A stretch of 64,000 nt of DNA from Acidimicrobiia bacterium (GCA_009694295.1 SHVJ01000001.1:7286-71285); one strand, 5' to 3'; positions 50,524 to 60,012 are shown, counted from the first letter of the stretch. The notes: generated by a model not told the origin, from the sequence alone. A program made the numbers and translations.

Positions 50524-52104
50524 ATGCCGGGGTGGAACTTCGCTGCTGTGTGGCACGGGATCGCTCAGGCGGTCCCCGACCGCGACGCGCTCGTATGCGG
50601 CGATCGGCGCGTGTCGTGGGGTGAGTGGGACGATCGCGCCGCGCGACTGGCCTCGTACCTCTGGGACCACGGGCTGCGGCCCGGCGACAAGGTGGCGCTC
50701 GCCTGCACGAACCGACCCGAGTATCTCGAGACGTACTTCGCGGCACTGAAGCTCGGGTGTGCCCCGGTGAACGTGAACTACCGGTATGTGGTCGAAGAGG
50801 TGCGGTACGTCCTCGACAACTCCGACGCCAAGGCAATCGTGCACGATCCCGACTTTGCCGCCACCGTGCGGGCCGCGATCGCCGAGCTCCCCGCGGATCG
50901 CCGCCCGTTGCGGCTGGAAACAGGAGCGCCATACGAAGACGCGATCGCTGCCGCATCACCCAATGGTGAATGGCAAGCGCGCGAACCCGACGGCGACGAC
51001 CTTGTCTTCCTCTACACCGGCGGCACCACCGGCATGCCGAAGGGCGTCATGTGGCGCAACGACGACCTGTACCACGCGAACTGGGAGATGGCGCGCCCGG
51101 GTACGACGCCACCCGACCCGATTGCTGCTGCTGCCGCCGGGAAACGCACAGGCACGTGCTTGCCGGCGTGCCCGCTGATGCACGGCACGGGCATGAACAT
51201 CGCGCTCAGCACGCTGGCCGGTGCGGCCACGGTTGTGCTGATTGAACGGATCGGCCTCGACCCTGAGCTTCTCTGGAGCGAGATCGAACGCAACGACGTC
51301 GCCGTCCTCACCATCGTGGGCGACCCCTTCGCGCGCCCGTTGCTCGCCGCACTCGACAAGGAGCCGAATCGGTGGGATCTCTCGTGTCTGCGCGTGATCA
51401 CATCATCGGGCGCCACGTGGAGCCCGGAGGCGAAGTCGGGATTGCTGCGCCACTTGCCGACGGTTCGGCTCATCGACGCACTCGGCGCGTCCGAAGGCTT
51501 GATGACCCGCTCCGAATCCACCTCGAGCAGCGCGATCGCACCAGCCAGCTTTGCAGTCAGCGAGCGCGTGAAGGTGCTCGATGAACACACGGGCGCCGAG
51601 GTCGGCCAGGGAAGTGGTGAAGTCGGATTGCTCGGGGTGACCGGACACATCCCGCTCGGGTACTACAAGGACGACGCCAAGACGGATGCCACGTTCCGAG
51701 TCGTGGACGGCGTGCGCTATTCGATCCCTGGCGACTATGCGACCGTCGAATCCGACGGCACGATCCGACTGCTCGGTCGCGGTTCTGCGTGCATCAATAC
51801 CGGTGGCGAGAAGGTGTACCCCGAGGAAGTCGAGGGCGTGCTGCGCGAGCATCCAGACGTCTTCGACTGCGTGATCGTGGGCGTCCCCGACGAGCGCTTC
51901 GGCGAGATGGTGGTCGCGTTGGTGCAACCAGCACCCGGCACTCCGCTCGACGACGCGGCGATTGCCGAGTGGAGTCGCGATCGCATCGCGGGTTACAAGC
52001 GGCCGAAGCGTTGGTTCGTCGTCGAGTCGCTCGATCGCAACGCTGCCGGCAAGGCGAACTACCCGAAGCTGCGAGCCCTCGCCGCCGACCTGGTCGGGAC
52101 CTAG
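50524..52104 (+). CDS. Acyl-CoA synthetase (FadD-like AMP-binding enzyme)
   Basis: FLYTGGTTGMPKGVMW and a GEKVYPEEVE region, 526 aa. Confidence 0.9.
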   Translation: MPGWNFAAVWHGIAQAVPDRDALVCGDRRVSWGEWDDRAARLASYLWDHGLRPGDKVALACTNRPEYLETYFAALKLGCAPVNVNYRYVVEEVRYVLDNSDAKAIVHDPDFAATVRAAIAELPADRRPLRLETGAPYEDAIAAASPNGEWQAREPDGDDLVFLYTGGTTGMPKGVMWRNDDLYHANWEMARPGTTPPDPIAAAAAGKRTGTCLPACPLMHGTGMNIALSTLAGAATVVLIERIGLDPELLWSEIERNDVAVLTIVGDPFARPLLAALDKEPNRWDLSCLRVITSSGATWSPEAKSGLLRHLPTVRLIDALGASEGLMTRSESTSSSAIAPASFAVSERVKVLDEHTGAEVGQGSGEVGLLGVTGHIPLGYYKDDAKTDATFRVVDGVRYSIPGDYATVESDGTIRLLGRGSACINTGGEKVYPEEVEGVLREHPDVFDCVIVGVPDERFGEMVVALVQPAPGTPLDDAAIAEWSRDRIAGYKRPKRWFVVESLDRNAAGKANYPKLRALAADLVGT

Positions 52105-52156
52105 CGACTGCTTCTGCGCAGCATCTCGTCGCCGGCCCGATGATCGTGGGTGTCCT

Positions 52157-53185
52157 TCACTGATCTGCAGTGACCTCAGGGTCCCAATCGCGGGTCTCGA
52201 GCAGCTCCTTCACGCGGCTGACGAACGAGGCGGCATACGCGCCGTCGATCGCTCGATGATCGAACGAGAGACCGAGCATCCCCACCGGATGGATGGCAAT
52301 CCCCTCGCCGCCATCACCCGTCGGGATCATCACCGGGCGCCGACGCACGGTGTCGGTCGCCAGGATCCCCACTTGCGGTTGGTTGATGATCGGTACCGAG
52401 ATGAGCGTGCCGCTCGGACCGGGGTTGGTGATCGTGAACGTCCCGCCGGCCACTTCGTCAGGCTGCAGGCGATTGCTCCGGGCGCGCTCGGCGAGGTCGG
52501 CAACCGCGCGGGCGATGTCGACCAGTGGCCGACGTCCGGCATCGTGCACGACAGGGACGATCAACCCTGCGTGGTCGAGATCGACGGCGAAACCCAGGTG
52601 CACGTCGTGGCGAACGAGCAGACCGTCGTCGACGACCGACGCGTTCACGTGCGGAAACTCAGCGAGCGCGTCGACCACGGCGCGCGCCACGAACGGCAGA
52701 TAGGTGAGCGAGAAGCCCTCGCGTTCGCGCCACGCAGCCCCGTGCACGCGGCGAACGCGATCGACCCGTTCGAAGTCGGTCTCGACAGCACAGAAGGCGT
52801 GCGCGGCTGTGGTGATCGACTCGCGGAGGTTCCCAGCGATGCGCCGCCGCATCGCGCTGAAGGGCACGAGCGTCTCGCGCTCGGTCGCAACGGTCGGTGG
52901 GCTCGAAACGGGCAACGCTGGTTCCGGCTCCGGCGTCGACGGTGGCAGAGCTTCGGATTCCGGAACGGGTTCGGGCGCCACCGCCAGTCGGCTCGGGGCG
53001 TCGGTCCGGATCGGAACCGGCGGCGGGGGCTCGCTCGCCGTCCGGGCGGCGACAGCAGCCTGCACGTCGTCGCGCGTGATCCGTCCGCCGGCGCCGGTTC
53101 CCTCGATCGTCGACGCGTCGAGGCCTTGCTCTTCGAGCAATCGCCGGACCACCGGTGAGTGAAAGCCGCTCCTGGCACGCCGCAT
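52157..53185 (-). CDS. 2-oxoacid dehydrogenase E2 acyltransferase lacking a lipoyl domain (E3-binding domain plus catalytic core only)
   Basis: Starts directly with the peripheral-subunit-binding domain SPVVRRLLEEQGLDASTIEGTGAGGRITRDDV, then a Pro/Ala/Glu linker and a catalytic core with DHRAIDG. ATG 53185 has the TACGGT box 7 nt upstream. Confidence 0.8.
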   Translation of the reverse strand: MRRARSGFHSPVVRRLLEEQGLDASTIEGTGAGGRITRDDVQAAVAARTASEPPPPVPIRTDAPSRLAVAPEPVPESEALPPSTPEPEPALPVSSPPTVATERETLVPFSAMRRRIAGNLRESITTAAHAFCAVETDFERVDRVRRVHGAAWREREGFSLTYLPFVARAVVDALAEFPHVNASVVDDGLLVRHDVHLGFAVDLDHAGLIVPVVHDAGRRPLVDIARAVADLAERARSNRLQPDEVAGGTFTITNPGPSGTLISVPIINQPQVGILATDTVRRRPVMIPTGDGGEGIAIHPVGMLGLSFDHRAIDGAYAASFVSRVKELLETRDWDPEVTADQ

Positions 53186-53192
53186 CCCGATC

Positions 53193-53198
53193 ACCGTA
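53193..53198 (-). promoter_or_regulatory. -10-like TANNNT box (TACGGT on minus strand), 7 nt before ATG 53185
   Basis: Minus strand reads TACGGT-GATCGGG-ATG. Confidence 0.45.
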
Positions 53199-53226
53199 TC
53201 CAGAGCGAGCCCTGGGGCGCGTGCCC

Positions 53227-55356
53227 ATGCGGGACGTATCCTCCCCGACGTTGAAACTCCGTGAATGGATCACCAGGCATCACCGCGGCGTCCCCCTGGC
53301 TGAGGCCGTCGACGACTTTCGCCTCGCGTGCATCTCACGGGCGATCGACGACCGCGAGATCACGCTGCGCCAGCAGAGCCGCGTCTTCTTCCAGATCTCG
53401 GGTGCCGGCCATGAGGCGCTGCTGCTCGCGTTCGCTCGGGAGCTGCGCGCGGGCTACGACTGGTTCTTCCCCTACTACCGCGACCGCGCGCTCGTGCTGG
53501 GGCTCGGCGTCACGCCGTACGAGCTCCTCCTCCAGGCGGTCGGGTCCTCCGACGACCCCGCATCGGGTGGTCGTCAGATGCCGTGTCACTGGGGAGACAC
53601 CGAGCGACACATCGTCACGCAGTCGAGCGCAACGGGGAGCCAATGCCTGCCCGCGATCGGGTGCGCGGAAGCGTCGAGGTACATCGTGCGCCGCAATCTT
53701 CCCGGCTGCGTTGCGTACGGAGATGAAGTCACGTACGTGTCTCTCGGTGAGGGCGCCACGTCGCAAGGCGAGTTCTGGGAGAGCTTGACCACCGCGTGCC
53801 GACTCGCACTCCCGGTGCTCTACGTCGTCGCCGACAACGGGTACGCCATCTCGACGCGTTCCAACGAGCAGGCGCCCGCGCCGATCTCAGAGCTCGTCCT
53901 CGGGTTCCGCGGGCTGCGCGTCACCAAGCTCGACGGCCGCGACTACTTCGAGAGTCGGAGCAAAGCCGCCGAGGCAGTGGCGCGCGTGCGTTCCGGTGAA
54001 GGGCCCGGTCTCGTGCACGCGCTTGTGACGCGCCCGTACTCACACTCGCTGTCGGACGACCAGAAGAAGTACCGCCCACACGCCGAGCTCGAAGACGAAG
54101 CCGAGCACGACCCGATCAAGGTGCTCGAGGAAGAGCTCATAGGGTGTGGCGCGCTCAGCCAGGAGCAGGCCACCGAGATCCACGAGAGCGCGGTCGCCCT
54201 CGTTGCCGAGGCCGCGCGCCAGGCATTGGAAGCGCCGCGGCCCGATCCCGAGACCGTGAGGGAGCACCTGTTTGCGCCACCCACGGTCACGGAGGTGCCA
54301 CCCGACCCGGCGCCGCCCGGTGACGGAACCGAGGAGGAGGTCGTGACGTTCGGCGAGGCCATCCGCCTCACGTTGCACGAGCAGATGGCGCTCGACGAAC
54401 GCATCCGCGTGTTCGGCGAAGACGTTGCCGACGGCGACCCGCACGCGCTCGAGGAGGTTCCGGGCAAGGGCGGCGTATTCGGCATCACGTTCGGTCTCCA
54501 ACGCGAGTTCGGCCAGTCGCGTTGCTTCAACACGCCGCTCGCCGAGGCGAACATCGTCGGGCGCGCGGTTGGCGAGGCGATTCGCGGTCTGCGCCCGAGC
54601 CCGGAGATCCAGTTCTTCGATTACATCTGGACCGCCATGCAACAGATCAAGACGGAGGCCACCACGATCCGCTGGCGCAGCAACGGTGCGTTCTCGTGCC
54701 CGATGGTGCTGCGCGTACCGATCGGCGGATACCTCACGGGCGGTTCGATCTGGCATTCGCAATGCGGCGAGTCGATCTTCGCCCACATCCCCGGGCTCCA
54801 CGTGGTGTTCCCGTCGCGCGCGCGTGACGCGGCGGGCCTGCTGCGCACCGCGTTCCGCGGCGAGGATCCGGTGCTGTTCCTCGAGCACAAGCACCTCTAC
54901 CGGCAGGGCTACAACCGCGACCCGATGCCGCCGCCCGACTGGTTGCTGCCGTTCGGTCGCGGCACTGTGGTGAACCCAGGGAGCGACGTCACGGTCGTGA
55001 CGTGGGGAGCCACCGTGCATCGCGCACAGCTCGCGGCACACGAGCTCGACCCCGAGGGTTGGAAAGTGGAGATCATCGACCTGCGTTCGATCGTGCCCTG
55101 GGACCACGAGATCGTGGCCGAGTCGGTAGCCAAGACGGGCCGCGTGCTCGTGCTCCACGAGGACACGCACACCGCCGGCTTCGGTGGCGAGATCGCGGCG
55201 TGGATCGCCGACGAGTGCTTCGAGGATCTCGACGCGCCAGTCATGCGCCTCTCCGCGCTCGACACCCCCGTCGGCTACGAACCGACCCTCGAAGACGCGA
55301 TCCTCCCCCAGGTCGCCGACATCCAGCGCGACCTGACGACTCTTCTTGCCTACTGA
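53227..55356 (+). CDS. Fused alpha/beta E1 component of a TPP-dependent 2-oxoacid (or acetoin-type) dehydrogenase
   Basis: About 709 aa. The alpha part has FQISGAGHEA ... YYRDRA ... and the beta part has RCFNTPLAEANIVG ... VVFPSRARDAAGLL. The start is taken as ATG 53227 and is uncertain. Confidence 0.85.
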   Translation: MRDVSSPTLKLREWITRHHRGVPLAEAVDDFRLACISRAIDDREITLRQQSRVFFQISGAGHEALLLAFARELRAGYDWFFPYYRDRALVLGLGVTPYELLLQAVGSSDDPASGGRQMPCHWGDTERHIVTQSSATGSQCLPAIGCAEASRYIVRRNLPGCVAYGDEVTYVSLGEGATSQGEFWESLTTACRLALPVLYVVADNGYAISTRSNEQAPAPISELVLGFRGLRVTKLDGRDYFESRSKAAEAVARVRSGEGPGLVHALVTRPYSHSLSDDQKKYRPHAELEDEAEHDPIKVLEEELIGCGALSQEQATEIHESAVALVAEAARQALEAPRPDPETVREHLFAPPTVTEVPPDPAPPGDGTEEEVVTFGEAIRLTLHEQMALDERIRVFGEDVADGDPHALEEVPGKGGVFGITFGLQREFGQSRCFNTPLAEANIVGRAVGEAIRGLRPSPEIQFFDYIWTAMQQIKTEATTIRWRSNGAFSCPMVLRVPIGGYLTGGSIWHSQCGESIFAHIPGLHVVFPSRARDAAGLLRTAFRGEDPVLFLEHKHLYRQGYNRDPMPPPDWLLPFGRGTVVNPGSDVTVVTWGATVHRAQLAAHELDPEGWKVEIIDLRSIVPWDHEIVAESVAKTGRVLVLHEDTHTAGFGGEIAAWIADECFEDLDAPVMRLSALDTPVGYEPTLEDAILPQVADIQRDLTTLLAY

Positions 55357-55375
55357 GGCAGTCCCTACTCGCCGG

Positions 55376-55381
55376 TAACCT
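55376..55381 (+). promoter_or_regulatory. -10-like TANNNT box (TAACCT), 6 nt before ATG 55388
   Basis: TAACCT-GAGTTC-ATG. Confidence 0.45.
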
Positions 55382-55387
55382 GAGTTC

Positions 55388-57037
55388 ATGACCCCGGGGT
55401 TCGATCGGACGGCGATGCTCGGTCGGCTGGCCGACGAGCCGTTCGACGTGCTGGTGATCGGCGGCGGCATCACCGGGACCGGTTGTGCGCTCGACGCCGC
55501 GAGCCGCGGGCTACGCACCGCGCTCGTCGAACGCGACGACTTCGCGTCGGGCACCTCGTCGAAGTCGTCGAAGCTCGTGCACGGCGGGATCCGCTACCTC
55601 CAGCAGCGCGAGTTCGGGCTGGTGTACGAGGGCCTGCGTGAACGTCATATTGCACTCGAGAACGCGCCGCACCTCGTGCGCCTGCTGCCGTTCCTCATCC
55701 CGATCTTCGCTCGCGACGGGCTCATCGATCGTCGAATCGCGCGCGCTCTCGGCGTCGCGATGTGGATGTACGACATTGCCGGCGGCTTCCGCATCAAGAA
55801 GAAGCACCAACGCATCAGCGCCGACGAAGCGATCGCTCACATGCCCACGCTGCGCCGGGACAACGTTGCCGGGTCGTACCTCTACTACGACGCGCACGCC
55901 GACGACGCGCGGCTCACACTGTGTCTTGCCCGCACGGCTGCTTCACACGGCGCGGCCGTCGCCAATTACACGCGTGTCACCGGCCTCCTGAAGGACGACG
56001 CCGGGATGGTGCGCGGCGCGCGGGTCGTCGCCAACGATCGCGAGATCGAAGTGCGAGCCCGGGTGGTGATCAACGCCGCCGGAGTCTGGGCCGACGAGGT
56101 GCGCGCATACGACGAAGGTGCCGACCCTGAGTCCATCCGCCCGGCCAAGGGCATCCACATCACCGTGCCGTGGGAGAAGGTCCGCAACGACATCGCGGCG
56201 ATCGTCCCCGTGCCCAAAGACCGGCGCTCGGTGTTCGTCGTGCCGTGGGGCGACTTCACGTACATCGGTACCACCGACACTGATTACGACGGCCCGATCG
56301 ACGACCCGCAGTGCACTCCTGCCGACGTCGAGTACCTGCTGAACGCGGTCAACCGCGCGATCGTCGAGCCGCTGACCCCGAGCGATGTGCTCAGTACGTG
56401 GGCCGGGTTGCGACCGTTGCTGCGGGAAGCAGGGAGCACGCGCACCGCCGACCTGTCGCGTCGGCACAAGGTTCGGGTTTCCGAGACCGGGGTGATCACG
56501 ATCACCGGCGGCAAGCTCACGACATACCGCCGCATGGCGGCCGACACGGTTGACCAAGCGGCGCGCATCGTGGGGCAGCGAAGGGCGAAGTGCCGCACGA
56601 AGAACCTCCAGCTCCTCGGCGCCGTCGGATTCGAAGTGCCCCCCGACACGCCCGAGCCGAGCCTGCACGATCACCTCGCCGGCCGCTTCGGCACCGAGGC
56701 GGCCGAGGTCCACGAGCTGCTGCGCGCCGACCCCTCGCTCGGTGAGGCGCTCGTCCCCGGGCTGCCCTACCTGCGCGCAGAGGCCATCCACGCGGTTCGC
56801 CACGAGATGGCCACCACCCTCGACGACGTGCTCTCGCGCCGCACCCGGGCCCGGCTGCTGGCGCGCGACGCGTCCGCCGACGCGGCCACGACGGTCGCCG
56901 AGCTGCTCGGGCCCGAGTTGGGCTGGTCCGCCGACGAAGTGGCCCGGCAGGCCGCGACCTACCGAGCTGCCGTCGCCCACGAGCGCGAGTCGGCCGGTCT
57001 CCCCGAGACCGCCCTCGACGCCACACTGGGAGCGTGA
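55388..57037 (+). CDS. glpD: FAD-dependent glycerol-3-phosphate dehydrogenase
   Basis: FDVLVIGGGITGTGCALDAASRGLRTALVERDDFASGTSSKSSKLVHGGIRYL. Confidence 0.9.
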   Translation: MTPGFDRTAMLGRLADEPFDVLVIGGGITGTGCALDAASRGLRTALVERDDFASGTSSKSSKLVHGGIRYLQQREFGLVYEGLRERHIALENAPHLVRLLPFLIPIFARDGLIDRRIARALGVAMWMYDIAGGFRIKKKHQRISADEAIAHMPTLRRDNVAGSYLYYDAHADDARLTLCLARTAASHGAAVANYTRVTGLLKDDAGMVRGARVVANDREIEVRARVVINAAGVWADEVRAYDEGADPESIRPAKGIHITVPWEKVRNDIAAIVPVPKDRRSVFVVPWGDFTYIGTTDTDYDGPIDDPQCTPADVEYLLNAVNRAIVEPLTPSDVLSTWAGLRPLLREAGSTRTADLSRRHKVRVSETGVITITGGKLTTYRRMAADTVDQAARIVGQRRAKCRTKNLQLLGAVGFEVPPDTPEPSLHDHLAGRFGTEAAEVHELLRADPSLGEALVPGLPYLRAEAIHAVRHEMATTLDDVLSRRTRARLLARDASADAATTVAELLGPELGWSADEVARQAATYRAAVAHERESAGLPETALDATLGA

Positions 57038-58542
57038 CGCCAATTTCTCTGATGGGGGCCCCGACTCCGCCGATCGCGTTCGGGGGCGATGCCGCCGACG
57101 TGACCGCGCGACTCAATGCCGCGTTCGTCGACGTCGACGCGGCGCTGCTGGAGCGTCTGCGGGGCGCGTGCGGAGAGGTCACGGTCGAGGCCGCAGCGCT
57201 CGCGGAAGCGAGCCGAGACTGGTGGCCGCTGGCGATGGTGTGGGCGCTGGATGGCCAAGTCGCCGCACGGGCCGCGGCAGTCGCGCGCCCGACATCGGTC
57301 GCCGAGATCGCCGCGGTGTTGCAGATCGCCAACGAGTCGCGCGTGCCCGTGACGCCGGCCGCCGGGAGGTCTGGCGTGTGTGGCGCGAGCGTGCCGATCC
57401 ACGGCGGCATCGTGCTGGATCTGTGCGCGTTGTCCGGCATCGTCGATGTCGACCACGAATCGATGGTGCTCAACGTGCGTGCGGGAACGTTCGGCACACC
57501 GCTCGAAGACGAGCTGCGTTCGTCGTATGGCGTCACGGTGGGGCACTGGCCCCAGTCGATGGACCTCTCGACCGTGGGTGGCTGGCTCGCGTGCCGCGGC
57601 GCCGGTCAGCACTCCACCCGGTACGGAAAGATCGAAGACATCGTCGTCGGGCTCGACGTGGTGCTCGCCGACGGTCGCACGATCACCACCGGTGGTGCAC
57701 CACGGGCCGCGGTTGGCCCAGACCTCACCCAGCTGTTCGTCGGCAGCGAGGGAACGCTCGGCGTGATCACGAGCGCGCGACTCAAGCTCCACCCGACGCC
57801 GGTCGCCACCCGCACAGCTGCGTTCGGCTTCCCGTCGTTTCGCGAAGGCCTCGACGCGTGTCGACGACTCATGCATCGCGGCGCAACTCCCGCCGTCCTT
57901 CGCCTCTACGACGCGATCGAAGGTGAGCGGAACTTCCAGACCGGTGGGCACCACCCACTGCTCGTCCTCGACGAGGGCGATCCGACGATCATCGATGCGG
58001 TGATGGCGGTAGTCGCCGAAGAGTGTTCGTCCGCCGCACCGCTCGACGCCGCGCTCGTCGACCGCTGGCTCGAGCACCGCAACGACGTCAGCGCGGTCGA
58101 AGCGCTGATCTCGAAGGGGTACGTGGTCGACACCATGGAGATCGCGGCACGCTGGCGTGATCTCCCGGCGATCTACGATGCCGCGAGTTCGGCGATCGCC
58201 GGCGTCGAGCACACGCTCGTGGCGTCGGCACATCAGTCGCACTCCTACGGCGACGGCGCCTGCCTCTACTTCACGTTCGCCGGGCAGCCACCGGTCGATG
58301 GACGCGACGCTTACTACCGCGCCGCGTGGGATGCGGGCACGAACGCGGTCCTCGCCAATGGCGGCGCGCTCAGCCATCACCACGGGATCGGTCTCAACCG
58401 GGCCCGGTTCGTACGCGAAGCACTGGGCGACGCGTTCGACGTCCTCGTCGCCGCGAAGCACGCCCTCGACCCGAACGGCATCCTCAACCCCGGCAAGCTC
58501 GGACTCCCCAGCCCGTTCGGCCCATCCCCCGCCTGGCCATGA
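57034..58542 (+). CDS. FAD-linked oxidase (VAO/GlcD superfamily, alkyl-DHAP-synthase-like)
   Basis: VTPAAGRSGVCGASVP ... GTVGGWLACRGAGQHSTRYGKIEDIV ... HHHGIG. The GTG start overlaps the glpD stop as GTGA. Confidence 0.8.
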   Translation: MTPISLMGAPTPPIAFGGDAADVTARLNAAFVDVDAALLERLRGACGEVTVEAAALAEASRDWWPLAMVWALDGQVAARAAAVARPTSVAEIAAVLQIANESRVPVTPAAGRSGVCGASVPIHGGIVLDLCALSGIVDVDHESMVLNVRAGTFGTPLEDELRSSYGVTVGHWPQSMDLSTVGGWLACRGAGQHSTRYGKIEDIVVGLDVVLADGRTITTGGAPRAAVGPDLTQLFVGSEGTLGVITSARLKLHPTPVATRTAAFGFPSFREGLDACRRLMHRGATPAVLRLYDAIEGERNFQTGGHHPLLVLDEGDPTIIDAVMAVVAEECSSAAPLDAALVDRWLEHRNDVSAVEALISKGYVVDTMEIAARWRDLPAIYDAASSAIAGVEHTLVASAHQSHSYGDGACLYFTFAGQPPVDGRDAYYRAAWDAGTNAVLANGGALSHHHGIGLNRARFVREALGDAFDVLVAAKHALDPNGILNPGKLGLPSPFGPSPAWP

Positions 58543-59978
58543 TTCTGGTCGTCGACGTGGGGACGTCGTCGGTTCGTGGTGTGGTGGTCGACGGCGATGC
58601 GCGGATCGTGGCGGAGCACCGGCGGCCGTTGTTGCCGTCGTCGCCGGCCCCCGGACTCGTGGAGTTCGACGCCGCCGCGATGGCCGACGTCGTGCTCGAC
58701 GTGGCGCGCGCCGCTATCGATGAAGTCGGCGCCGTCGCCGCGGTGGGCGTCGCCAACCAGCGCGGCTCGGCCATCGTGTGGGATCGCGCCACCGGCGAGC
58801 CACTTGGACCGGGTATCGGGTGGCAGGACCTCCGCACCGTCGTGCGCTGCCTCGAGCTCCGCGGTTCCGATGTGCGCGTTGGGCCAAACCACTCGGCAAC
58901 CAAGTTCGAGACGCTGCTCGACGCGGCCGATCCCGACCGCAGTCGCGATCTGTGCGTGGGCACCGTCGACTCGTGGGTTGCGTGGACCCTTTCGGGCGGC
59001 GCGGTACACGTGACCGATGCGTCGAACGCGCTCATCACCGGCATGCGCACCGCGACCAACGAGACCTGGGACGCGTCCGTACTGGAGATCCTGCGCATCC
59101 CGGAACCTGCGTTGCCCACGGTCGTCGACTCGTCCGGCGAGGTGGGCGAGGCGAGTGCTTTGCCGGGCGCGCCGCCTATCACCGGATTGCTGGGCGATCA
59201 GCAAGCGTCGCTGCTCGGCCAGGGCTGCGTGCACCACTGCGACGCCAAGATCACCTTTGGTACCGGCGGAATGCTCGATGTCGTGCTCGGCCCCGATCGA
59301 CCGAAGTTCGATCTCCGCGGCGATGCTGGGACGTTCCCGATCGTGACGCGCCGCGTCGACGGCACCGACCTGTGGGGTCTCGAAGCGGTGATGCTGTCGG
59401 CCGGCACGAACATCGAGTGGCTGCGTGACGATCTCGGACTCGTGAGCTCGGCGGGGGAGACCGACGCGATCGCCGCAAGCTGCGCCGACACCGGCGACGT
59501 TTGGTACGTACCCGCACTCCTCGGTCTCGGCACGCCCCGCTGGGACTTCGGAGCCCGCGGCACATTGGTCGGTCTCACACGCGGCACCGAGCGCGCCCAC
59601 GTGGTGCGCGCCGTGCTCGAAGGAGTCGCGCATCGAGGCGTCGATCTGATCGAAGCGGCCGAAGCCGATAGTGGCTGTCGCATCGAGGTCGTGCGGGTCG
59701 ACGGCGGGATGACGGCCAACACCACATTTCTTCAAGCGCTAGCCGACGCGGCACAACGTCCGGTGGAAGTCGCCCCCGTCCGCGAGGCCACCGCACTCGG
59801 CGCCGCGTTCGCGGCCGGTCCCGCCGTCGGACGCTGGGTCGACGACGACGCCGTCGCAGCAACATGGAGCCCCGGCGCGCGCGTCGATCCCCAGCGGTCC
59901 CTCGACCGCGATCGTTGGCGCGACGCGGTCGATCGCGCGGAGCACTGGCTCCCCGACCTTTCGGCGATCGACTTCTAA
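58539..59978 (+). CDS. FGGY-family carbohydrate kinase, glycerol-kinase-like
   Basis: MILVVDVGTSSVRGVVVD ... VGVANQRGSAIVWDRATGEPLGPGIGWQDLRT. ATG 58539 overlaps the upstream stop as ATGA. Confidence 0.85.
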   Translation: MILVVDVGTSSVRGVVVDGDARIVAEHRRPLLPSSPAPGLVEFDAAAMADVVLDVARAAIDEVGAVAAVGVANQRGSAIVWDRATGEPLGPGIGWQDLRTVVRCLELRGSDVRVGPNHSATKFETLLDAADPDRSRDLCVGTVDSWVAWTLSGGAVHVTDASNALITGMRTATNETWDASVLEILRIPEPALPTVVDSSGEVGEASALPGAPPITGLLGDQQASLLGQGCVHHCDAKITFGTGGMLDVVLGPDRPKFDLRGDAGTFPIVTRRVDGTDLWGLEAVMLSAGTNIEWLRDDLGLVSSAGETDAIAASCADTGDVWYVPALLGLGTPRWDFGARGTLVGLTRGTERAHVVRAVLEGVAHRGVDLIEAAEADSGCRIEVVRVDGGMTANTTFLQALADAAQRPVEVAPVREATALGAAFAAGPAVGRWVDDDAVAATWSPGARVDPQRSLDRDRWRDAVDRAEHWLPDLSAIDF

Positions 59979-60012
59979 GTCACTCGGCTCCCGTCACTCG
60001 GCCGTCACCGGG
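59979..60012. repeat. Degenerate tandem repeat GTCACTCGGCTCCC / GTCACTCGGCC / GTCACCGGG
   Basis: It starts immediately after the kinase stop (TAA 59976-59978). Confidence 0.7.
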
